Below are positions 19,318 through 31,842 of a DNA stretch of 64,000 nucleotides, piece by piece (positions within the stretch are counted from its first letter, which is position 1; each line of letters opens with the position of its first letter). Position numbers and translations under genes: made by a program. The DNA is from Gemmatimonadales bacterium (lineage in GTDB: Bacteria; Gemmatimonadota; Gemmatimonadetes; Gemmatimonadales; GWC2-71-9), in contig DATGVZ010000095.1 of NCBI GenBank assembly GCA_035299765.1, positions 22,066-86,065 on the forward strand, read 5' to 3'. Under the pieces are notes generated by a model. The model was not told where the DNA came from. It searched no databases and worked only from the letters and a program-made list of their open reading frames with translations.

Positions 19318-20414
19318 GACCGCGCAGCATCACGTCGTTTCTCGGGCATGAGGTTCCCCCCCCCGATGTGCCCTTGGCGCAGGCGCTGGATGCACGTGTG
19401 CGCGAAGCGGAGCTCGTCGAACGACTGGATGCAGGAGCGATTCGCTGCTTTGCCTGCGGGCACCGCTGTCTCGTCAAGCCGGGCCGCCGCGGGATCTGCA
19501 AGGTGCGATTCAATAAGGAAGGGACGCTGTACGCGCCGGCGGGCTACGTCGCGGCCTTGCAGTGCGATCCCACCGAGAAAAAGCCCTTCTTCCATTGCCT
19601 GCCCGGCAGCGACACCCTCACCTTCGGCATGCTGGGCTGCGACTTCCACTGTGGCTATTGCCAGAACTGGCTGACCTCGCAAGCGCTGCGTGACGAAACC
19701 GCCGGTGTCATGCCCCGCGACGTCACTCCCGAGGAGCTGGTGGGACTCGCGGTGCGCCAGGGCGCGCGCATGGTGGGATCGTCCTACAATGAGCCGCTGA
19801 TCACGGCCGAGTGGGCGGTCGACGTGTTCAAGGCCGCGCGACCGGCCGGTCTGAAGACGGCGTTCATCTCCAACGGCAACGCCACGCCCGAGGTCCTCGA
19901 TTACATCCGCCGCTGGACCGATTGCTATAAGATCGATCTCAAGGCGATGGACGACAAACGCTACCGCGAGCTGGGTGGCGTCCTGGCGCACGTCCTCGAT
20001 GCGATCCGCATGGTGCATGAGCGTGGCTTCTGGCTGGAGATCGTGACGCTGATCGTGCCCGGATTCAACGATGACGAGTCACAACTCACCCGCGCGGCCG
20101 AGGCGATCGCCGCGGTTTCGCCGGAGATTCCCTGGCACGTGACGGCGTTTCACAAGGACTACAAGATGACCGATCCGGCGAACACGCCGGCGGCGACGCT
20201 GGTCCATGCGTGCGAAATCGGCGCGCGCGCCGGGCTCAAATTCGTGTACGCGGGCAATCTCCCCGGGCGCGTGGGACGTTGGGAGAACACCTACTGCCCC
20301 GATTGCGGCGATCTGGTGATCGAACGATACGGTTACGTCATCAAGCAACAGCGCGTCGGAAACGACGGCCGTTGTCCCTCTTGCAGCCGGCGGATTCCAG
20401 GCATTTGGTCGTAA
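19314..20414 (+). CDS. AmmeMemoRadiSam-system-type radical SAM enzyme
   Basis: CDFHCGYCQNW radical-SAM cluster motif, preceded by RCFACGHRCLVKPGRRGICKVR and DPTEKKPFFH. TTG start overlaps the upstream stop. Confidence 0.85.
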   Translation: MRPRSITSFLGHEVPPPDVPLAQALDARVREAELVERLDAGAIRCFACGHRCLVKPGRRGICKVRFNKEGTLYAPAGYVAALQCDPTEKKPFFHCLPGSDTLTFGMLGCDFHCGYCQNWLTSQALRDETAGVMPRDVTPEELVGLAVRQGARMVGSSYNEPLITAEWAVDVFKAARPAGLKTAFISNGNATPEVLDYIRRWTDCYKIDLKAMDDKRYRELGGVLAHVLDAIRMVHERGFWLEIVTLIVPGFNDDESQLTRAAEAIAAVSPEIPWHVTAFHKDYKMTDPANTPAATLVHACEIGARAGLKFVYAGNLPGRVGRWENTYCPDCGDLVIERYGYVIKQQRVGNDGRCPSCSRRIPGIWS

Positions 20415-21583
20415 CGGTTTTATTGCTTCTGCAGGCTTCAGTGAGCCCGGGCCAGCGGCCCGGGGTTAGCACACTCTCCGCCGAACCCATCGCGTTCGAC
20501 AGTCAGACATTCGATCCGCTGGTGATGCGCGGAATTGCAGAAGGCGTGTACCCCGGCGCCGCACTGGTGGTCGGCCGACGCGATACGGTCCTATTCGCGC
20601 GGGCGTACGGTCATCTCACGTGGCGATCGAAGAGTCCGGCGGTGAGCATCAACGACACGTTCTGGGACCTCGCATCGCTCACGAAAGTTGTTGCGACCGT
20701 GCCTTCCCTCATGCTCCTCGTCGAGGAAGGCAAAGTCGGACTGGATACTCCCGTCGTTCGCTACATCCCGGAATTCAACGGTCCTGGCACGGCTGCCATT
20801 ACGGTGCGTCACCTCTTGACGCACACCTCGGGGCTCCGTGGCATGCTGCCGCTGCGCGACGCGCCCGACAGCGCGACCGCGCTCCGAATGGTTTTCGCGA
20901 CCACGCCGGTTGTCGCCCCCGGATCGCGGATGGTGTACTCGGATCTCAACGCGATTCTCCTGGGCGAGATCGTGCAGCGTGTCAGCGGGCAACCGCTCGA
21001 CGTATTCGTGACGCGCGAGGTGTACACGCCACTCGGTCTGGATCAACAGATGATGTTTCGGCCGCCCAAACGGCTCGCGCCGCGCATTGCGCCGACGGGG
21101 CTGTGGCACGGCCATCCGGTCGCAGGCATCGTGAACGATCCCAATGCGGCGCGCCTCGGCGGCGTGGCCGGGCATGCGGGCCTCTTCGCCACGGCCAGAG
21201 CGCTCGGCCGGTACGCGCAATTCACGCTGGGTGAGGGAAGCGCGCCCGGTGGTCCGCGAATATTGAAGCGCGAAACCGTGCATCAATTCACGCAAGTGGC
21301 GGTGGCCGCGCGGCGCGGCGCCGGTGCACGCACGCTGGGATGGGAAGCGTTGCCGACAGGCGAGGAGGTCTCCAGCGCCGGCACGCTGCTTGGTCCGCGG
21401 AGCTACGGACATACCGGCTGGACGGGAACGTCGTTGTGGATCGATCCCGACCGCGACCTGTTCATTCTCTTGCTCACGAATCGCGCGTTTGACCCGCGCT
21501 CACGCCGCTCGTTCACGAAACTGCACGAGATACGCGGCCGGGTCGCCGATGCCGCGGCGCGCGCCGCGGATGCTTCCCATTGA
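20405..21583 (+). CDS. serine hydrolase / beta-lactamase family protein
   Basis: SxxK motif (ASLTKV) and class-C beta-lactamase-like sequence. The start is uncertain. The ORF-track start at 20210 lies inside the radical SAM gene. Candidate TTG starts are at 20405 and 20423, and a GTG at 20441. Confidence 0.8.
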   Translation: MVVTVLLLLQASVSPGQRPGVSTLSAEPIAFDSQTFDPLVMRGIAEGVYPGAALVVGRRDTVLFARAYGHLTWRSKSPAVSINDTFWDLASLTKVVATVPSLMLLVEEGKVGLDTPVVRYIPEFNGPGTAAITVRHLLTHTSGLRGMLPLRDAPDSATALRMVFATTPVVAPGSRMVYSDLNAILLGEIVQRVSGQPLDVFVTREVYTPLGLDQQMMFRPPKRLAPRIAPTGLWHGHPVAGIVNDPNAARLGGVAGHAGLFATARALGRYAQFTLGEGSAPGGPRILKRETVHQFTQVAVAARRGAGARTLGWEALPTGEEVSSAGTLLGPRSYGHTGWTGTSLWIDPDRDLFILLLTNRAFDPRSRRSFTKLHEIRGRVADAAARAADASH

Positions 21584-21942
21584 ATGAATCACCGACGTTG
21601 ATCTACGACGGCGAATGTGGGCTGTGCCAGCAAGCGGTCGACATTCTGCGCCGCTGGGACCGGGAACACGTGCTTCGGTTTGTTCCGTTTCAGGACGAAG
21701 CCGCGGTCGCGAGCTTCGGGATCGCACTCCCCGCTCTGGCCGCGGCGATGCACCTCATTCTGCCTGACGGCAGAGTGTACGCCGGCGCGGATGCGGTACC
21801 GGAGCTGTTGCGGCTGCTGCCACGCCGGCGCTGGTTCGCTCCATTGTTTCGCATCCCGGGCGTCTTACCGCTCGCCCGGCGGATCTACGCCCGGATCGCC
21901 GCGCGACGGCGTTGTCTGGTGCGCGGGATGCCGAGTCGCTAG
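21580..21942 (+). CDS. thiol-disulfide oxidoreductase DCC family (DUF393)
   Basis: LIYDGECGLCQQAVDILRRWD motif. TTG start overlaps the upstream stop. Confidence 0.8.
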   Translation: MNESPTLIYDGECGLCQQAVDILRRWDREHVLRFVPFQDEAAVASFGIALPALAAAMHLILPDGRVYAGADAVPELLRLLPRRRWFAPLFRIPGVLPLARRIYARIAARRRCLVRGMPSR

Positions 21943-21966
21943 GTTCGCGAAGCGGGAGTTGCGAAC

Positions 21967-22275
21967 GTGACCACTGCCGTATTGAACGCCGACGCGATCC
22001 GTCAGGCACTGCGCCAGGTCAAAGATCCGGAGCTCGACATGAACATCGTCGATCTCGGGCTCGTGTACGACATCGAGGTCGATGACGGTCTGGTCCGCAT
22101 CAACATGACGCTGACGTCGCCGGGATGTCCGGCGGGCCCGATGATCACGAACGACATCTACAAAGTCGTGCGCGCGATCGAAGGGGTGAAGGACGTAGAT
22201 ATCGACATCGTGTGGGAGCCGTACTGGACTCCGGACCGCATCGATCCGAAAATCCGCGCGATGATGGGTTTCTAG
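21967..22275 (+). CDS. Fe-S cluster assembly DUF59 (SufT/PaaD-like) protein
   Basis: VKDPELDMNIVDLGLVY..MTLTSPGCP. Confidence 0.85.
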   Translation: MTTAVLNADAIRQALRQVKDPELDMNIVDLGLVYDIEVDDGLVRINMTLTSPGCPAGPMITNDIYKVVRAIEGVKDVDIDIVWEPYWTPDRIDPKIRAMMGF

Positions 22276-23417
22276 CGCAGCGCTTCGAGCATGGCGTCGC
22301 CCAGGACGTCGATCTGCCAGCGCCGGAGTGCGGGAATCTGCTCGAGCGCGACGCGATCCGCCGGCCGGCTCCGCACCACCGCCTCCAACGTGGTCCTGCC
22401 AGCTAACACACCTGCATCAATTCCCAATTCCAAAGCGATGCGATTGCGGACGGCCTTTAGCCGCTCGAGTCGAACATCGAAACCGGGATCTTTCACCGGA
22501 CGCACGCTCCGCTCAGGACGTGGTAGCTCGTCTTCGCGCAGTCGCTTCGCGCGAGCCACGGCATCGAGAAGGGCATCGCCGTGCCGGCGCGCCAGCGACG
22601 ACGGCAGCTCCCTGATGTGACCGAGATCAGCCTGCGTTCCGGGGAGGGCTCTACTGACCCCAACCAGTGCCTCGTTCCCGATGATCCGAAATGGAGCCTT
22701 GTCTTCCTTTTCAGCAGCGCGTTCGCGCCAGCGATACAGCTCGCGCAGCGCGGCGAGACTCGGCGGTGGAAGTGCCTTTGCTCCTTTGATTCTGAGATAA
22801 CCGTCTTCGTCCGTTCCTGGCGCGAGGCCGGTCCAGCGCAATGATTCCAGCTGCTTAAATTCCTCGGCCGCCCAGGAAAAGCGGCCCAGCGTTCGCAGCC
22901 GTTGCTCGAGTGCGTCGCGGAGCGTCAAGAGATGGTGCGTGTCGGCGGCGGCGTACGCCAGCATCGCCGCGGGGAGCGGGCGCAGCGACCAGTCGGCTTT
23001 CTGGTGCTCCTTGTCGAGCTTGATGCCGGCGTATTTCGCCAGTAGTGCCGCCAGTCCGATGGCTGGTTCTCCCGCCAGCTGAGCGGCGATGCGCGTATCG
23101 AAGAGGTGCACGGCGCGGAAGCCGTAGTCGCGGTCGAGCACGCGCAGATCGTAATCGGCGTCGTGAAAGACTTTTTCGATGTGTGGATCCGCGAGCAGCG
23201 CGCCGACGGGCGTTAGGTCGGCAATGGCCAGGGGATCGATCAGCGCGGTCTCGGTTGGGCTCGAGACCTGGACGAGGTAAATGCGATCGCGGTAGCGGTG
23301 GAAACTCGCGGCTTCGGTATCGACGCCGACGCGTTTCGCCCGGCGCAGCTCCGCAATCAGGTCGGCTAGCGCCGGCGCCGTAGCGATATAGCGGGCGCTC
23401 CCGGGCGCCTCCGTCAC
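22272..23417 (-). CDS. rnd: ribonuclease D
   Basis: DEDD 3'-5' exonuclease motifs (VGVDTEA, FHDADYDL, YAAADTHHL) plus a C-terminal HRDC-like region. Confidence 0.9.
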   Translation of the reverse strand: MTEAPGSARYIATAPALADLIAELRRAKRVGVDTEAASFHRYRDRIYLVQVSSPTETALIDPLAIADLTPVGALLADPHIEKVFHDADYDLRVLDRDYGFRAVHLFDTRIAAQLAGEPAIGLAALLAKYAGIKLDKEHQKADWSLRPLPAAMLAYAAADTHHLLTLRDALEQRLRTLGRFSWAAEEFKQLESLRWTGLAPGTDEDGYLRIKGAKALPPPSLAALRELYRWRERAAEKEDKAPFRIIGNEALVGVSRALPGTQADLGHIRELPSSLARRHGDALLDAVARAKRLREDELPRPERSVRPVKDPGFDVRLERLKAVRNRIALELGIDAGVLAGRTTLEAVVRSRPADRVALEQIPALRRWQIDVLGDAMLEALR

Positions 23418-23584
23418 TCCTCTTTCCCTAGCGCCTCCAGGCCGGCAGCGATTTCTTCCAATGCCTTGGCAAGGGTTCTGTAGAATTCCGGATCGGGAGC
23501 CTCAGGGGCTCCGCCCAGCGGATCGCCCGCGCACTTGCGCGCGGCGCGCGCCGCATGACGGATGTAATCGGTGGCAACTCGCAT
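23414..23584 (-). CDS. possible 56-aa hypothetical protein
   Basis: Only the last 56 codons (MRVATDYIRHAARAARKC..LEALGKEE) of ORF 23414..24031 are free of the plus-strand PLP enzyme gene. Its stop overlaps the rnd GTG start (GTGA). Confidence 0.25.
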   Translation of the reverse strand: MRVATDYIRHAARAARKCAGDPLGGAPEAPDPEFYRTLAKALEEIAAGLEALGKEE

Positions 23585-24536
23585 GGATCGCTCCGCAGCG
23601 TTGGCCACAAAGATACGCGCCGCCCTCGCGCCGTGCAGTCTCGCGCAGTGGCCCACGCCACTCGAGCCGCACCCGGCGCTGGCGCGCGCGTTGGGGCTGC
23701 GCGCCCTCTGGCTCAAACGCGAGGACGCGGCCGGTGGCAACAAGGTCAGGGGGCTCGAGTTTCTGCTGGCCGGCGCTGCATCGCGATCGGTCTTTGTCAC
23801 CGTTGGAGGTGCCGGGTCGACGCATTGTCTCGCCACCGCGCGTCTCGCAAAGTCACTCGGCTGCCGCACCGCAATCGCCGTGTTCCCGCAACCGGAGACC
23901 GAGGCGAGCAAAAGCGTCGCGCGTGCGATGGCTGCGGCCGCTGATCTCGTCGCTCGGGCCTCCAGCCGGCTGACGCTGCCGTGGACGGTGTTGCGGACTT
24001 GGCGCGCCGCCCTTCGTCTTGGCAGCCGCAAGCCGCACTGGATTGCCGGCGGTGGCGCGGATCCCCGTGCGATCGCCGGTCACCTGCTCGCGACGCTGGA
24101 GTTGCAGGAACAGCTCGATGCGCCGCCGGACGCAATCGTCGTCCCGCTCGGCACAGGGGGTACAGCCGCGGGCATCGCCTTGGGCATCGCGTGGCTCGGT
24201 TGGTCGACTCGGGTGCTCGCGGTTCGTGTCGCGCCGCGCATTGTAGCGAATCGGTGGCGCACGTTGCGGCTGGCGCGGAAGACAGCCGCTTTGTTGCGCC
24301 GTAGCGGCGTAGAGTTCGTTCTTCCGCGATCATCAATTCGAATCGAGGTCGTGCACGCGATGGGGAAGGGCTACGGCTATCCGACTCCGGAAGGTGAGCG
24401 CGCGCGCGCGGTCGCGGCCGAACATGGATTGCGGCTCGACCCGACATACGGCGCCAAGGCATTCAGCGCTTTGGTCGGGCCGTCGATCCCGAACGTGCAG
24501 CGCGTAGTCTTCTGGCATACGTTTGCCTGGCCGTGA
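23571..24536 (+). CDS. ACC deaminase / D-cysteine desulfhydrase family PLP-dependent enzyme
   Basis: WLKREDAAGGNKVRGLEF (PLP lysine context) and a tryptophan-synthase-beta-like fold sequence. Confidence 0.85.
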   Translation: MATRMDRSAALATKIRAALAPCSLAQWPTPLEPHPALARALGLRALWLKREDAAGGNKVRGLEFLLAGAASRSVFVTVGGAGSTHCLATARLAKSLGCRTAIAVFPQPETEASKSVARAMAAAADLVARASSRLTLPWTVLRTWRAALRLGSRKPHWIAGGGADPRAIAGHLLATLELQEQLDAPPDAIVVPLGTGGTAAGIALGIAWLGWSTRVLAVRVAPRIVANRWRTLRLARKTAALLRRSGVEFVLPRSSIRIEVVHAMGKGYGYPTPEGERARAVAAEHGLRLDPTYGAKAFSALVGPSIPNVQRVVFWHTFAWP

Positions 24537-25351
24537 GTGTACCTCGGTCGCTATTTCGCGTGACGGTTGCGGGCGTCGAGCTCGCCGTGCAGGTACGCGG
24601 TGACGGCGTCCCCGCAGTGCTGTTCATTCACGGTTTCCCCTTCGATCATACGCTCTGGCGTCACCAGATCGCGGCGTTGTCGCGCTGGCACCGCATCGCA
24701 CCGGACCTCCGCGGCGCTGGAATCTCGAGCGTGCCGGGATCTTCGGACGGATACTCCGTCGGTCAGTACGCGGACGATCTGCTCGCGCTTTTGGACGCTC
24801 TCGACATCTCGCAGGTCGTTGTGTGCGGCCAGTCGATGGGAGGATACATCATCTTCGAGCTATTCCGCAGGGCGCCCAAGCGCATCCGGGCGGCGATTCT
24901 TTGCAATACCAAAGCGCCCGCCGATTCGGCGGAGGCGAAACGCGATCGGGATGTGATGGCCGCTCTGGCGCAGCGGGAGGGCGCACGTGCTGTCGCCGAA
25001 AAGCTCGTGCCCAAGCTGTTCTCTCGCGCGACACTCGAGCAGCAGCCGCAAGTTGTAAAGGAAGTGCGCGAAATGATCGAGCGGGCGCCGGTCGCGGGTA
25101 TCGTCGGCGCGTTACGCGCGCTGCGAGATCGGCCCGACTCGACGCCGTTGCTCGGACAGATTCGTGTCCCGGTGTTGGTGGTCGCGGGCGACGACGACCA
25201 GATCGCGCCGGCCGTGGGAATGCAGGAAATGGCTCGAGCCATTCCCGGCGCGCGCTTTGCGCTCATCACCGGAGCAGGACACGTCGCCCCGCTCGAGCAG
25301 CCTTTGCCGCTGAGCGGGGCGGTCGGAGATTTTCTTACGAAGTTGAGCTAA
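24533..25351 (+). CDS. alpha/beta hydrolase
   Basis: HGFPFD, the nucleophile elbow GQSMGG, and a C-terminal GAGH motif. Confidence 0.85.
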   Translation: MSVPRSLFRVTVAGVELAVQVRGDGVPAVLFIHGFPFDHTLWRHQIAALSRWHRIAPDLRGAGISSVPGSSDGYSVGQYADDLLALLDALDISQVVVCGQSMGGYIIFELFRRAPKRIRAAILCNTKAPADSAEAKRDRDVMAALAQREGARAVAEKLVPKLFSRATLEQQPQVVKEVREMIERAPVAGIVGALRALRDRPDSTPLLGQIRVPVLVVAGDDDQIAPAVGMQEMARAIPGARFALITGAGHVAPLEQPLPLSGAVGDFLTKLS

Positions 25352-25620
25352 GAGCCTTTGCGCTGCGGCTTGCCGGGCGGGTTCTCACTCTGAAAGACAT
25401 CGCGGTTCTTCGCGATGTAATCCTTCCATTGCGGTGGGACATCTTCCTCGGGAAAGATTGCCGTCACGGGACACTCGGGCTCGCACGCGCCGCAATCGAT
25501 GCATTCGTCGGGATGGATGTACAGCATGTCCGGCCCTTCGTAGATGCAGTCCACCGGACACACGTCGACGCACGAGCGATCTTTGACGTTGATGCACGGC
25601 TCGGCAATGACGTACGGCAT
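25348..25620 (-). CDS. fdxA: ferredoxin (7Fe type)
   Basis: [41 protein letters not shown]. Confidence 0.9.
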   Translation of the reverse strand: MPYVIAEPCINVKDRSCVDVCPVDCIYEGPDMLYIHPDECIDCGACEPECPVTAIFPEEDVPPQWKDYIAKNRDVFQSENPPGKPQRKGS

Positions 25621-25716
25621 TCACTCTCCTCCAAGACGCGTGACGAATGCGAAAGCCAAACCTACCTCACGACGCGATACCTTCGACCCGCCGCACCAGG
25701 CAAAACAGCTACTTAA

Positions 25717-25732
25717 GATACTCACGAGTATC
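25717..25732. promoter_or_regulatory. candidate operator palindrome GATACTC-AC-GAGTATC
   Basis: Perfect 7-2-7 inverted repeat in the ferredoxin/TetR divergent spacer. Confidence 0.35.
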
Positions 25733-25781
25733 CCAACTGCCTGTTTTTCCCGATTGAAGCTTGCCAGTTCGGTACCAAAGC

Positions 25782-25794
25782 GTATCCTAGATAC
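25782..25794. promoter_or_regulatory. candidate operator palindrome GTATC-CTA-GATAC
   Basis: 5-3-5 inverted repeat sharing the GATAC half-site, 3 nt before the TetR GTG start. Confidence 0.3.
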
Positions 25795-25796
25795 CC

Positions 25797-26176
25797 GTGG
25801 GAATCATTCGCGAACGCCGGAAGAACGAAACCCGGGCCTTGCTCGTCGAGGCCGGCCTCCGGCTCTTTGCCGAGCGTGGGCTCGAGCTCGGCACGTTGGA
25901 TGACGTCGCCGAGACGGCTGGCTTCACCAAGGGCGCGATCTACCGTCAATTTCCCTCCAAAGGCGCGTTTCTACTGGCCCTGTTCGAGCAGTACGCGGCG
26001 GTCGCCCGCGCTGGTGCCGGCGCGCGCCAAGCTCCCTGGTTCATTCCGCTCACGGTCCAATTCGCTTCGCAGGCCACTCGCGATCCACTCCTCCGGCGCC
26101 GCTTCGCCACCGTCCTTGCCGAAGCACCCGATGGAGCCACTCCCGAAAGTCAGCTTCTCAAAGCGCTCGCCCGTCT

Positions 26177-26189
<13 letters not shown>
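25797..26189 (+). CDS. TetR-family transcriptional regulator (short, 130 aa)
   Basis: N-terminal TetR HTH: LLVEAGLRLFAERGLELGTLDDVAETAGFTKGAIYRQFPSK. Confidence 0.75.
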
Positions 26190-28275
<2,086 letters not shown>

Positions 28276-28290
28276 GAATCTACTCGGTCT

Positions 28291-28836
28291 TCAGACTTCG
28301 CGCGGGCGGGGGGGTCCGTAGCGTTCGGAGGGCTTGTGATACTTCTCCCACTCGGCCTTGTAGGCGAAGGGATCGAGCCCGCTGGGCTGGTCGACAGTGA
28401 GAATGCCGTCAAGATGGTCGAGCTCATGTTGCAATAGCTCGGCCATCGGTCCCTCGAGCTCCATCGTGACGACCTTTCCTTTCATGTCCGTGTAGCGGAG
28501 CGTCGCGCGGTACGCGCGCGTCACGCGCACGAGCAGGTTCGGGAACGAGAAGCAGTCGTCCCAGACATGAAAGTCTTCGGAGCCGACGTCCGTGATCTCG
28601 GGGTTCACCATCGTCGCGCGGAATTTGCCGATCTCGACGAGCACCACGCGCACTGGAGCGCCGATCTGCGGGGCCGCCAACGCCCGGCCCATGTTGTACT
28701 TTTTCCGCGCAGCGCGAAGCGTGTCACGCAAGTCGTCGGAAAGCAGCCGCACGGCGGGCGACTTTGGATCTTCGACCGGAGTGCAACGGATCCGCAGAAT
28801 CGGGTCGCCAAGTTGGCGAATACGTCGGGCGGCCAT
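28291..28836 (-). CDS. def: peptide deformylase
   Basis: LAAPQIG, EDCFSFP-like (DDCFSFP) and QHELDHLDG motifs. Confidence 0.9.
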   Translation of the reverse strand: MAARRIRQLGDPILRIRCTPVEDPKSPAVRLLSDDLRDTLRAARKKYNMGRALAAPQIGAPVRVVLVEIGKFRATMVNPEITDVGSEDFHVWDDCFSFPNLLVRVTRAYRATLRYTDMKGKVVTMELEGPMAELLQHELDHLDGILTVDQPSGLDPFAYKAEWEKYHKPSERYGPPRPREV

Positions 28837-28895
28837 AGGCGCGCCTAATGTGGGGGTTTCGGCCCTCCGTGCAACCCCTTAGTCTCTAAGCCCCT

Positions 28896-29507
28896 ATGAC
28901 GTTAGCCGGCATCGTCCTGGCAGCCGGCCGCTCGGCGCGGATGGGCTCTCCCAAGGCCCTGTTGGATTTCCGCGGCCTTCCCTTCGCCGTCAGGATTTTG
29001 GAGGCGCTGGAGGCGCTCGAAGTGAAGACGCGAGTCATCGTTCTGGGTCCCGATGCTCCCCGAGTCCAGCCTGCCATCGCCGGCCACGATTGCATCATCG
29101 TCGAGAATCCCGAACCCGAAACCGGCCCCATCGCGTCACTGCGCGGGGCCCTTCGGGCTCTGCAGCCCCTGCAGCCGAGCGCGGTGCTGGTTTGGCCCGT
29201 CGATCTTCCTCACGTACGCGTCACAACGGTCGAGCGGGTGCTGGAAGCCCACAGGCGTACGAGTGGAAAGGCCGTGGTGCCGGTGTTTGGGGAACGCCGA
29301 GGCCATCCCGTGATCTGGGGATCAGCGCTGTTCGGCGAGCTACTAGAGAGTCCCGAGGCCACACGAGCCGGTGCCAGATCGGTATTACGCAAGCACGAAA
29401 AGGAGCTCGTGACGGTCGCCGTGGATGACCCCGCGGTGATTGACGAGGTGAATACGCCCGAGGACTACGAGAGGCTCATAAGGGAATGGAATCGGGATAT
29501 TTACTAA
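28896..29507 (+). CDS. nucleotidyltransferase family protein (MocA/MobA-like)
   Basis: GIVLAAGRSARMGSPKALL N-terminal signature. Confidence 0.8.
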   Translation: MTLAGIVLAAGRSARMGSPKALLDFRGLPFAVRILEALEALEVKTRVIVLGPDAPRVQPAIAGHDCIIVENPEPETGPIASLRGALRALQPLQPSAVLVWPVDLPHVRVTTVERVLEAHRRTSGKAVVPVFGERRGHPVIWGSALFGELLESPEATRAGARSVLRKHEKELVTVAVDDPAVIDEVNTPEDYERLIREWNRDIY

Positions 29508-29526
29508 CGCTCTCCTGATTGGTTTA

Positions 29527-29554
29527 TTGACAATCCCGACAAAACCATTAGGAT
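29527..29554 (+). promoter_or_regulatory. candidate sigma70-type promoter of the suf operon
   Basis: TTGACA (29527-29532), 16 nt spacer, then TAGGAT (29549-29554). It overlaps an imperfect dyad ttggttt..aaaccat / aatcc..ggatt. Confidence 0.35.
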
Positions 29555-29617
29555 TCCAAGTCTAGGCGGTTCTTTGGGCAGCCAAGTTCATGTCCGTTAA
29601 CGACTTCCGGGAGCGCG

Positions 29618-31050
<1,433 letters not shown>

Positions 31051-31051
<1 letters not shown>

Positions 31052-31842
31052 TGCCGGGAAGCGGGACGAGGGAAGCGGGACGGGTACTGCTCGAGGTCAA
31101 GGGGCTTCGTGTCGCGGTCGCCGGTAACGAGATCCTCAAGGGCGTCGACCTCACGATTCGCGACGGTGAGGTCCACGCGATCATGGGGCCCAATGGCTCG
31201 GGCAAGAGCACGCTGGCGCAGGTGCTCGCCGGGCATCCAGCATACGCGGTGCTCGCTGGGACCGCGAAGTACGAGGGCAAGGATTTACTCGACATGAAGC
31301 CGGAAGAGCGTGCGCGGGCAGGTCTCTTCCTCGCGTTCCAATATCCGGTCGAGATTCGCGGCATCACCAATTCCTACTTCCTGCGGTCGGCGTTGAACGC
31401 GCTTCGCCGGGAGCGGGGCGAACCGGAGCTCGATCCGATCGATTTCCTGCAGGTCCTGGAAGCGAAGCTCAAGAGCATCGGCTGGGACGACTCAATGATG
31501 AACCGCCCGGTGAACGAAGGCTTCTCGGGCGGCGAGAAAAAGCGTAACGAGATCCTCCAGCTCGCCGTCCTCGAGCCGCGGCTCGCGATTCTGGACGAGA
31601 CCGATTCCGGCCTCGACATCGACGCGCTGCGAACGGTTGCCGAAGCGGTGAATCAGCTCCGCAATCCCAAGCGCGCATTCCTGATCGTGACACACTATCA
31701 GCGGCTGCTGAACTACATCACGCCCGATGTCGTGCACGTCCTCGCGGACGGGCGCATCGTCAGGTCGGGCGGTCCCGAGTTGGCCCAGGAACTCGAGGCA
31801 AGGGGCTACGACTGGCTGCGTGATGGCGTAATGGTGTCGTGA
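31051..31842 (+). CDS. sufC: Fe-S cluster assembly ATPase SufC
   Basis: Walker A GPNGSGKST, the signature FSGGEKKR and Walker B AILDETDSGLD. Confidence 0.95.

Noticed and set aside
21943-21966. Short dyad gttcgc..gcgaac between the DCC gene and the DUF59 gene
   Set aside because: The stem is only 6 bp with a 12-nt loop, there is no T-run, and it sits in a 24-nt spacer. It is too weak to call.
23585-24031. Upstream 149 codons of the 205-aa minus-strand ORF 23414..24031
   Set aside because: They fully overlap the plus-strand ACC-deaminase-family gene, which has the PLP-lysine signature. Only the last 56 codons are kept, as a low-confidence candidate.
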